A stretch of DNA of 62,233 nt, filler included, from Asterionella formosa (taxonomy: Eukaryota): NCBI GenBank assembly GCA_002256025.1. It is 8 parts of 8 records of this genome, joined end to end, with 100 filler letters (N's around TTAATTAATTAA, not from the genome) between each part and the next. Parts side by side here need not be neighbours in the genome. Positions count along the whole stretch, not along the records: positions 1 to 7,716 come from NKIB01012400.1; positions 7,817 to 15,529 come from NKIB01012401.1; 6 more parts are not named here. One strand, written 5' to 3'. A program made the translations under genes and the position numbers. The notes below the pieces were generated by a model. That model was not told where the DNA came from, made no database searches, and saw only the letters and a list, made by a program, of their open reading frames with translations. How positions within the stretch are numbered: the first letter of the stretch is position 1; each line of letters opens with the position of its first letter. Positions 1-9,812 of the stretch are shown here, piece after piece.

Positions 1-80
1 ACCCGTACCCTTACCCTTACCCTTACCCTTACCCTTACCCTTACCCTTACCCTTACCCTTACCCTTACCCTAACCCTAAC
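1..80. repeat. Telomeric repeat array, (ACCCTT)n = TAAGGG on the G strand, with two proximal canonical ACCCTA (TTAGGG) units
   Basis: Scaffold begins acccgt + 10x accctt (7-66) + 2x acccta (67-78). C-rich strand at the 5' end, as expected for a chromosome end. Confidence 0.85.
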
Positions 81-131
81 AGGCAGTTTTTTTATCACAA
101 TCTGTTAATTACAGATTGGTTGCTTTTGAAG

Positions 132-3100
132 ATGTTCAGCAAACGTTGCCATAGCAGGTTTGGACGACTGCACCTTCACCTCTTACTTTCTGTCTGCATT
201 GTATCAACATTATATGTCAATTTATCACTTTTCAGGTTCGAATCCTGGCACAAGAATGGATTCAGTTTTGAACACGTTAGGCAATTTTTTTCATCAAAAT
301 CTGTTAATTACAGATTGCTTGCTTTTGAAGATGTTGTTTATTTCGTTGACAAAGATATCTTACATCCTGTTTCAAGTTGTTTTCAGTGCGGCACTTCATT
401 TGATTTATGTAATGGTCAATGGACTACAAATGTATCAACTCAAGATGCAGACATAAGGGTGCAACTCGATCGAGTTTCCAGTCGGGTAGGCTTGAAAATC
501 AGTGACGTTAAATTTAGTTGTTTTATGATGATTCAAATCCTTGACTTGCTCCCAATTGAGACTTACCTATGGAGTAAGGATCAGATATCTGATTTGTTCA
601 TCATATCCTTGGAGAAGGAGGTATCTACAGTAGGCAGATGTGACACTTGTTCCCCGCTGTTTGCAACCAGTATGTGTATCCAACATAATCCCTTACTCAT
701 ACCCACGGAATCGAAATTTGTCACCTTGGCATCACAGAACGACATTAATTCGTATCCAAATAGTTTGGACTTGGGATACTCATGCAGATTCCTGGGCTTA
801 TGGAAGGAGAAGTTTCTGTTGGCACACGACAGGGTGTTTTTGGCTGTTGAAGGGGAACAAGAAGGCGAGGACATTGAAGTTTATTTCTTACTTGAAGATT
901 TTTTGTACTTAGTTCCAGAATGTACGCCTTGTTCACCAAATCCGATGACTTTGTGTCCCACACTTGAAACCAAGGAAATTCACATTGTTCCATATCTTCA
1001 TGTTTCAAAGGAACAAATACGAAGGTCAAAACTTACATTTCGTAATGAGCACTTTCGTTGTGAAATGTTTGGTCCAATGAAAATTCAAGCACGAGGAGCG
1101 CTTCTCACACCATACCATATAACGCCAGGAGGAGGGGAGAAATACCTTTTGGAAACTCTTGTACTGTTTCAAACTAATGGATATTTTGTTGACATTTATG
1201 CAGAATCGCAAAATGTCTGTTCATCAAAAGATTGTATTTTGGATGTGGGGACTGCTGTCCACGCCCAAATTAATTCTCATCACATGAACTACTACCTTTT
1301 TGATGGAAAGAGAAAACAATTATTTCTTGATACACTGGAAAGTTTTGGATACGAGGTTTTCTTTCTATTTGGGAATGAGAAGATTCCACAAAGTAGGGGA
1401 ATAGGAAAATACAATATCTACCAATGTCAGTTTCCTTTCGATCTTGACAGAGGAGAAGTTGACTCAACCAGCTTGCATGCTGTAGCTTCATATGATGCAG
1501 TTTGGGTGAATTCACAATTTACCAGATCTTGGTATCTTAAATATTCTCATCCATGGATGTCAGTCTTGATGAACAACAGCTTAGCCTGGATAGGTGACAA
1601 CAGCATTCCTGGCCCAGACAGTGAGTGGAGGTTACGTCAATGGCCACGAGTCATAACATTAAATCCACCAGTTCATGTGTATCAGTCTACTGACACCAAG
1701 GATGAGTGTTCGTTGATTGTTCTCCTTGGTCGTGTCTTTCAAGGACGCCAATCCAAGGGGCATGCTGCTGCAATTGAAATGGTAGTTCAAATGAGACAAC
1801 GATATCCAATGGGATGCTTCAATTTAGCACTTGCTGGCTTCATCATGCCTGGCATGGCACACTATGCAGATGGACTACGAAGTATGGCTTCAGTACATGG
1901 CTTTGAAGTTCACTTTGATGCAAATGTGGAAGATCTACATACTTTGCTTAGTCGCGCCAGGGTGCAGTGGCATCTTACTGGAGCATTTAATGACAATTCT
2001 GATCCCGCGTCAATGGAGCATTTTGGAATAGCCATTGTGGAAGGCATGTCGAAAGGAGCAATACCATTAGTATTAAATAGGGGAGGGCCTGCAGAAATTG
2101 TAACACCTGAATGTGGTAGGGTTCTTGATAACATTAACTCATTTATTCCAGCCACTGCTGAAATACTGATGATGGACCATTCAGAGCTGGATAATTTGTC
2201 ATCAAACGCAAAAGAAAGAGCAAAGATCTATTCAGAACAATCATTTTCCATAGAGGGGACCAAACATTTGCAACAAGGTAGATTGGAGCAGACACATTTG
2301 AAGATGTTTAATGAATTGAAATACAGAACTTATGAAAGGCCTGTTTCACCAGGGAGTTCCACAAAATGTTCATCAAATGGTATTTGTGCAGCATTGATAG
2401 TGGAGTTTCGTGAACACCCCTCCCTTGGGTTCGCTCTCATGAATGCTAAACTTCATCTAGGTGAAAAATGGAAATACTACATCATTACCATATTTGAGTC
2501 TGCCCCATTCATCCAAAGAGTAATATCTTCTGTATTTCCCAACAATGTATTGTCACTTGATCCTGAGGATAACAACAAGAAATTATCTCGATACAGCTAT
2601 ACTATTTCGTCCACCTTTAACATTGAATTGTGGACATGGAGGAACTCTTCAATGTCAATGAATACTGATTTGTACTCTATGCTGTTTAAACGTCAAGATT
2701 TCTGGGACATTTTTTTGCTTCACCATGGTGTGATGATTTATCAAGTTGATTCTGTTTTTGTCCGTGATCCTGCCTATTCAATTGAACATTTCATTGATTA
2801 TGATTACGTTGGAGCACCATGGTGTAAGGATAATGATATATTGATGCCCTTACTTGCAGCTGGCACAATAAAGTACCTTGTTGGAAATGGTGGGTTTTCA
2901 TGGCGAACCATAAAAAGTATGAATGATTGTGTCCGTGAAATGGCAGCAGAGTCTCCACTGTCAGAGCCTGAAGATCGCTTTTTCATCCGGTGTTTCAGTG
3001 CGTTTTATGGTCAATATAATGTTGCATCGGTTGAGGTGGCTAGAACTTTTTCAGTGGAGGTTCCATGCTGGGAATTTGATGCAGAAATCAAGCAGGGAAA

Positions 3101-3176
3101 ACGACCATTAGGATTACATGCTGTTTGGTACTATGCCAAAGAATCAATCATACGCTCCACTCTACAACTATCATGA
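132..3176 (+). CDS. Intronless multidomain glycosyltransferase: N-terminal signal-anchor, GT-B/GT4-like domain, C-terminal DUF5672-like domain
   Basis: About 1014-aa ORF from ATG 132. Hydrophobic LHLHLLLSVCIVSTLYVNLSLF; PGGGEKY, NSQFT, GRVF..KGH and EHFGIAIVEGMSKGAIPLVLNRGGPAEIV (GT4 E-x7-E motif); YDYVGAPW...VGNGGFSWR...EDRFF (DUF5672-type motifs). Confidence 0.8.
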   Translation: MFSKRCHSRFGRLHLHLLLSVCIVSTLYVNLSLFRFESWHKNGFSFEHVRQFFSSKSVNYRLLAFEDVVYFVDKDILHPVSSCFQCGTSFDLCNGQWTTNVSTQDADIRVQLDRVSSRVGLKISDVKFSCFMMIQILDLLPIETYLWSKDQISDLFIISLEKEVSTVGRCDTCSPLFATSMCIQHNPLLIPTESKFVTLASQNDINSYPNSLDLGYSCRFLGLWKEKFLLAHDRVFLAVEGEQEGEDIEVYFLLEDFLYLVPECTPCSPNPMTLCPTLETKEIHIVPYLHVSKEQIRRSKLTFRNEHFRCEMFGPMKIQARGALLTPYHITPGGGEKYLLETLVLFQTNGYFVDIYAESQNVCSSKDCILDVGTAVHAQINSHHMNYYLFDGKRKQLFLDTLESFGYEVFFLFGNEKIPQSRGIGKYNIYQCQFPFDLDRGEVDSTSLHAVASYDAVWVNSQFTRSWYLKYSHPWMSVLMNNSLAWIGDNSIPGPDSEWRLRQWPRVITLNPPVHVYQSTDTKDECSLIVLLGRVFQGRQSKGHAAAIEMVVQMRQRYPMGCFNLALAGFIMPGMAHYADGLRSMASVHGFEVHFDANVEDLHTLLSRARVQWHLTGAFNDNSDPASMEHFGIAIVEGMSKGAIPLVLNRGGPAEIVTPECGRVLDNINSFIPATAEILMMDHSELDNLSSNAKERAKIYSEQSFSIEGTKHLQQGRLEQTHLKMFNELKYRTYERPVSPGSSTKCSSNGICAALIVEFREHPSLGFALMNAKLHLGEKWKYYIITIFESAPFIQRVISSVFPNNVLSLDPEDNNKKLSRYSYTISSTFNIELWTWRNSSMSMNTDLYSMLFKRQDFWDIFLLHHGVMIYQVDSVFVRDPAYSIEHFIDYDYVGAPWCKDNDILMPLLAAGTIKYLVGNGGFSWRTIKSMNDCVREMAAESPLSEPEDRFFIRCFSAFYGQYNVASVEVARTFSVEVPCWEFDAEIKQGKRPLGLHAVWYYAKESIIRSTLQLS

Positions 3177-3927
3177 GAGTAACTCTACATAAATACCAGT
3201 ATATATACACATGCAACATGTTGTGCTTCAAACTGCCTAAACTAGTTGGTACTGAACAGGTAGGTACGGGAAAATCTGTACTTCCTTGCATGGAAAATTC
3301 CTTATGTGTATTGTGCACAGACCTTGTTTTTTTTTCAGATATCTTGGAAAATTCTAGTTATGCATTCTTCTGTGAAGTTTGCATTCTTTTTCGAAGTTTG
3401 CATACATTTTGAAATTTTGTAGAATCAAGTTTGAGCTCTGATCAGGCAATATGGACATTGCTCATCACAAGGTATACTGGTTTCAAGATTTTGTACTGAG
3501 TGCAAATTAGTTCAGTCAAACTAATCAATCTTGAATAATTTTCCAGCCAAAAATCCCGTATTGAAATGCTGTGAGAATTTGAACAGCATTGAAGGGAATG
3601 TTTTAAGTAATCAATATTTCAATGAAGAAAAGGTATATATGCAATGCAGATAGCATTGAATATTCACAATTGATCTACTAAGTCAGTGGAGTCGGATTGT
3701 CAGTTGAGAATTGAATGTCTAAGAACACAATGAATATCTATTTACAAATTTGGGAAGAGAACCTTAATAATTGGTCATGTGAACGATTACAAGATAGATA
3801 AAAAAGCTAACAATAATGTGGGGTTAGATCAGAAGGTTTTAATATACTGACCTTGTCTAGAAAGAGCTAGCATTGCAGTCAGGCTGCAAAAGAATATAAC
3901 ATACTGGTACCAATACCTGTTATGCAG

Positions 3928-4106
3928 TGAGTGATTCTGCACATTGATACAGATGTATATAGGCTTAGGGTTGTATCAAATATATCAGCACTCAACTAAA
4001 ACCTATTGTATACTTTGATGTCGACTTAGGAAACAAGTTATTCACATGGATTAATTAATAAGATCATATATTCAACAAATACTACTACTTCTACTTTTTT
4101 ACTTCA
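3928..4106 (+). mobile_element. Degenerate solo LTR of the Gypsy family found at 19443-22437
   Basis: TGAG...ACTTCA. Shares atacagatgtatatagg, tattgtatactttg.tgtcgactta and aataagatcatatattcaacaaatactactacttcta with 22243-22437. No clean TSD. Confidence 0.7.
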
Positions 4107-4720
4107 CTTTGAATTCAAAAAGAGTCCAAATTAGAATAAAACAAACATACCAATGTATTCAAGGGTTCCTGTCATTCCTTTGATCAAAGATTACAATGTA
4201 TTGACCATCAATACTAAAACATTCAGCATCTGCAAATAAAGAGTATCATGCATATAGGATCAAGGGTATCGTACAATAAGTGGCACAGAATTTTCGTATA
4301 CATGATAATTTTTGGATCAAAACTATGAACATAGGTATCTTATACTTATGATGATTTATTAATATTTTACCAACCTTCAAGTATTATGATAATAAGAGAA
4401 TTATGATCACACAAAGTATATCAACTGATCAACAACATTTCTCATCAATACAAATTTCGGAAGCACAAATCTCCATCTGAGTCTCACAACCGAAATTGTA
4501 GCAATAGCTATGTGATGTACTTCATTCAATATTATGTATCATACTTTGGTGATGTATGCATCGATGTAACCTTAATTATTTTATCATGATATCACAGTAT
4601 CATCTTATCAATCATGATGAGATGATTGGGAAGCAACTGTATTCTGCATCGTGCTACAGGGTATATATTATTATATCACGCAATTTAGTAGCGAAGTCAC
4701 TCCGCCTGTAATGTACTAAA

Positions 4721-5152
4721 GTCGACAGTGCACATACTCACACGCTAATCAGGTTTGAGGCAATGGACAGTGGTTCCAATGAGCAAATGATGATACCACG
4801 AGTACCGATTTTTTTCAGCGAAAGAAGTTGTCTCTCTATTGATGAGGATGACATGGACACCGACTTTTCCAGGAGCAAACAACAATGAAGAGACCCACTT
4901 GTCGCTCTATTGATGTTAACAAAGATGCGGACAAGTTCAACAGTGAATACAAGAACAACATATCAATGAAAACAAGTCGACAGTGTGTGCACGCACACGC
5001 CAAGCAGGTTTGAGGCAACGGACAGTTCCAACAAGCAAATGACGATACAGATATCAAATTTTTCCTATGAGCAAACAACAATGAAAAGAGCCACTTGCTT
5101 TCGCTCTCTTGATGGTATCAAAGATGCGGACAAGTTCAATCGTAAATTCAAG
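4721..5152. repeat. Diverged tandem duplication (copies about 4721-4953 and 4976-5152)
   Basis: gtcgacagtg...aggtttgaggcaa.ggacag...gcaaatga.gatac and gagcaaacaacaatgaa...caaagatgcggacaagttcaa each occur twice, in the same order. Confidence 0.75.
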
Positions 5153-5789
5153 TACAGTATGCCAAATGCAGAAACGAGCGAGTGATATGAAAATGAATTC
5201 TAATCAGAATCATTCTATAACTATAGCGATGTGGACAGTAGTCTGTTACGCTCATTTTCGTATCTCCGTCTATCCTGAATCGAAATAGTAGATGTAGCAT
5301 CATGTGAGAATTGAAAATGTCAACGAGAACAAGTACCGGTAGAATGTGTTTGTTTACGGGTTGATTGGCGAAATTGTCATGCTGAAGTGGACGAAATGGA
5401 TATACTTTGTGCGCTGTGTGCGGAAATATTACGAGTTTGAATGGTTTCTTCTCTCCTGTAAACTCTTAATTGAATGATTATGAACAAAGGTTCACTGCAC
5501 ATGACAATTACTTGAAGATATAATGATCACTTGACCAAAAAATTGAAGACGTTATCACAAACATTCATTCTGCTTGTCATTGCTAGTATTTCCTTGTTGT
5601 TGCAAAAATCGGAGTGATGATGGATAGAAATGACGAGCCAAATTACATTACTTGAAGTGGTACATTATCCTACCAAGAAATTCGAACACAGGAATCAAAT
5701 AGAAACAATACATATAATAATTAAATATATGTAGTCAAAAGGGTTACTTTTTAAATTACAAAGGCATTTATACGAAATATTATGATCAG

Positions 5790-6760
5790 ATGATCACAAT
5801 CCTATGATGCATCATGGAAAAATGATAGTTTTTATTTGCAGACGATGGACAAGGGCGCAGCACTCCAATATTTGGGTGGTAGGCCAGAAGAATAAAGAAG
5901 TGAGTGCACCATGACACCAAAAGTGCCATTGAGACATTCAACTTTGCCATTTTGATGAGGACTGTCACTACCAGGAGTAGGTTCCATGATATAACCTGCA
6001 TTAGCAGTGACATCTTGAAAGGTGACAGAGCGCCAAAGCTCAACTCATTGATCAAGGCGGAGAGCATGGTAACCAGTTGGAAGACCATTCTGGAGCAAGA
6101 AGGTTTTAACAAGGTCAATGGGTGTGGCCTTGCTGGTAGCGAGAAAAACCCAAGTGAATCTAGTTTTGGCATCTGTAATGAGGAGATAGGAATTGTATCC
6201 ATCATAGGAGTCAACAACATGTGATGCACCAGGTGTCTTATGAAAAGAATCAGAGCTTGCACGCATGAATCCAAAATCCAAATGAAAACGAGAACCAGGG
6301 AGGAGGTGATATACAGGGGATATGTGGCCCATGGGATTCTTCCAGGCAAGGGCATCACTGCAGATTTTGCAATGGTGTAGTGGATTAACTTGGTGATTTA
6401 GGCCATGATGAAGATCAGTGGCACACTGTTGTAAATGGCAAAGCTGATGCATGCAAGGATGACCAAGTCGTTGATGCCAGAGTTCAGTGGAAAGCAAAGG
6501 TGACAACCTGTTGGCATGAGGTGTGATAGTCAATTGTTTGAAGTAGAAGAGATTGTTTGTTCAAGTCAAGGGCGCACCAGAAAAAAATGATAATCAGAGG
6601 AGCTGAAGAAGCGTACAAACACAGTGTCCATATTGCGGCAGTGAATTTCAAAACCAGAGAAATTGTTGTACACCATTTCTACTGGCGGTCCCTAGTCTAC
6701 CTGGTTGTCATCATGCGGGATTATCATTAGGTGGTGGGGGACATTATATGTCCCTATCTC
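5790..6760 (-). mobile_element. Ty1/Copia retrotransposon pol fragment (GAG-pre-integrase + integrase core), decayed
   Basis: LWHQRLGHP...CKIC zinc finger, FHLDFGF, DGYNSYLLITDAKTRFTWVFL, LRLDQ then an in-frame stop. Boundaries are approximate. Confidence 0.85.
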
Positions 6761-6912
6761 CCGTGCTTGGTGCAGAGAAGGAAATCGTGCCTTTGCTGCC
6801 CTAATCCCTACCTATGTTTCCGTGATACAGTTTGGGCCCCCGACCTCACCCCTACTGGGTGGGCCTGCCAATCTTAGAAGGATCATTCAATACATATAAA
6901 CCCTGGACAGCT

Positions 6913-7017
6913 TCAGTTTCTGTTTCCGTTTCCGTTTCCGTTTCCGTTTCAGTTTCCGTCTCAGTTTCAGTTTCAGTTTCACTTTCACTTTCAGTTTCAC
7001 TTTCACTTTGCTTCAGT
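6913..7017. repeat. Hexamer microsatellite (GTTTCC/GTTTCA/CTTTCA)n
   Basis: Directly visible. It produces the spurious (VS)n ORF at 6832-7026. Confidence 0.9.
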
Positions 7018-7716
7018 ATGAAATAGAAAGAATTGTGAGCACTTGGTGCCTTGTAGGTATTTTCTACTCTAAGTTCATATATTCGAGATATTTAGCTTGA
7101 TCTTGCTTTTCTTTTCCTATGAGATGTAAGGATAAGCCGTGTTGCATTTACTGGACATGCTTCCTTTGGTATGACAGCAATACGTAGACGTCTCTACCTT
7201 GCACCTTGTACCTGGTACCAGGTGCCAGGTAACAGATTATATCGGATTCAGTACCTTGTACGTAGTAGCTACCAGGGAACCAGGGACGAACCAGGTACCG
7301 GTAGTAAGTAACCTACCGGTATATACCGGTACGGTCCTTTGGTGTAAAATTTGAGTTAGATTAGTGCGGAACTGTACACTATGTTGACATAATGAGTTCT
7401 GTTCATCAACGTATTTGCAAACTACCACTGTTACAGAAAATTATTTATAGAATAAACTGATGTCGTTCACACATATGATACCATACCGTAATTGGTAAAA
7501 TTAAACCCAAGTTGTATTTTCCCGTAGGCCTCTGGTATGTGTCTACTGGGTCATGTTAATACTGGCACGGTATTGATCTGAAAATACTTGTGGAAGCACC
7601 GTGTTACAACAGTATTTGCCAGTAGAAAAATTAAACCCGGTTTAACTGGGGGTTTAATTTTTTGGTTTAATTAAACCATAACTGTACGCACGATCATCGT
7701 AGGAATATACACTGTA

Positions 7717-7816
7717 NNNNNNNNNNNNNNNNNNNNNNNNNNNNNNNNNNNNNNNNNNNNTTAATTAATTAANNNNNNNNNNNNNNNNNNNNNNNNNNNN
7801 NNNNNNNNNNNNNNNN
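7717..7816. other. Artificial scaffold linker N44-TTAATTAATTAA-N44 (also at 15530-15629, 23337-23436, 31130-31229, 38918-39017, 46696-46795, 54466-54565)
   Basis: Seven identical 100-bp spacers carrying a six-frame-stop word. Confidence 0.97.
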
Positions 7817-8504
7817 TAACATAAGTAATATAGCACAAATCGTTGTACCCATAACCCCAAAATTTGTGTTTGTGTTGACCAAATTTTTTACAGTTATAAA
7901 TAACAGTGCATTATGTAAGAAGATGCACAGGCATGAATGACTACATATAATTTCCTGGAATATTTCAAGACTTGCTCGCTCACATCGGAAACGGCTTGCT
8001 CTTACCAAAAAAACGATGTCGGTATGCATATGCATATACAACATATACACATCAATCATCCTAAAGGTATCATCAATCATATGATTCCAGTTTTGCTGTG
8101 ATCATGTCTTCTTGCTCACAATCCACCTGCAATACAATCTTAGTGGTCGCAGCCACTATTAATTCATGTGCAATGTCTGCACTGATTGATGATTATTAGG
8201 TGAAATGAAGAAACAGGGCACATTATATCATACTATACATTTGTTTGTTAGCTTCAATGTCACTACATCGTCAACACTGCCATAAAACTAAAATACATTT
8301 GCTGTGCTGCTTGTAAATGAAGATATTGTGTTCACTACAGACCTTTGTTACTGTAGCATCCTTTGTACAATGGTGTCTGCAGCATGGAACTTATTTTCTA
8401 GACAAAACGCAGTCTACTGAATTTCTCTGCTGGTAACTCATGATTGTCTCCATCTACAAGCTGCAATACATTTGGATTTGCTGCCAATTCCTCTTGCAGC
8501 TGTT

Positions 8505-8697
8505 GAAATTGATTTTCAATGTCATTAAGACTGGATTGATTTCACCTCCATCCCCATGGGAATTGATATGATCTTGTTGTTGAAAGTCGAGAATAAGTTG
8601 GGCTTGCTGCCAATCGCTCTCGCCTACTAGGATGAAATTGATATTTATTTTCATCGAAAACTTGATTGATTTCACCTCCATTCCTATGGGGATTAAT
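8505..8697. repeat. Short diverged direct repeat (about 60 bp, about 130-bp spacing)
   Basis: gaaattgat...gattgatttcacctccat.cc.atggg.att occurs near 8505-8567 and 8634-8697. Confidence 0.6.
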
Positions 8698-9812
8698 AAG
8701 AACTAGTGGTTGAAAAGCGGGAATAGGATGGGCTCAGTCCATTGCATGGGCAAACAAACGATGCAAGTTCCTCTGACTGCCTTCATTTTGGAGTGAAAAG
8801 TCGCTCTTGGAGAGCAATAGCTCATTGTGAAAGGTCGCTTGGCCTGATTTGACGATCAGATGCTTGCTTCTTGAGAAAAGCTGAAATTTCTATGTCTCTA
8901 TCTCATGTTTTAAGTTCGCTCATGGCATCATCCATGTCATCAGGAGATGAGGAGCAAGAGGTAAGCTGACATGCTGGTCAGTGACTCACACTGGTGAAAT
9001 TATGGAACTCATGTGGACAATGAACAAGCGGCTGCGTAGTAACATGCAAGAGGATGTATCGCTATGAAACTATAACTGTTATAAATTAAAGTTAAATTTA
9101 TATAAAATTTCAGATAGCTAATCTAAAATATCTTGATTATCAGAGTGCGACGACGTTATTATGTATCAAATCGCCAAAATAATTTGTGTTATAATGCACA
9201 CACGATATAATTATTTTTTAATATCAGGGTGCGCCCAGTGGGCGCGCTTCGAAATTTAAAAAATATTATATCATATGCATTCTAACAGAAAGAAAAAATT
9301 GAATGATGTTCGTGAACGGAAATTTCCGAAATAGTACCAAACATTCCGCAAAAGACGGATTCACGGATAACGCTGTGTCCCTTCACGATTTGATTTAGGG
9401 AAGAAAAAATAGCTAACTTCATCATGGGTTCCTTTCTCACATATTTGTACTATACATGTATAAATATATGGTATCCAACGAGGACAATGAATGTTTTTTT
9501 CCTTGCCTTTCATTTTACTGTGGGCTGGATATTTCCATATTAGCTGCCAGGTACCGGTATATACTTGCATTTTCTCAACGGCGGGCTCATCATACAAGCG
9601 AGCAATTGTTAAAATGAAATAGTACCACAGCAAGAGTGGTTGGCCGTACCTCTAACAGCTCATCAGACGAAAGAACTTCTCCGCTTCTCAATAAGACCCG
9701 AGCGAACGAACAAGACTAGACTTTGTCCAGTTATTGAGGATTCCTTGCTTGAAAAGGAATTGTGAATATTCATTCATTCACTATACTCAATACAACCAAT
9801 ACCAAAGAGAAC

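Noticed and set aside
6832..7026. (Val-Ser)n ORF
   Set aside because: Translation of a hexamer microsatellite.
7761..7772. TTAATTAATTAA palindrome recurring about every 7.8 kb
   Set aside because: Artificial six-frame-stop linker embedded in Ns, not biological periodicity.
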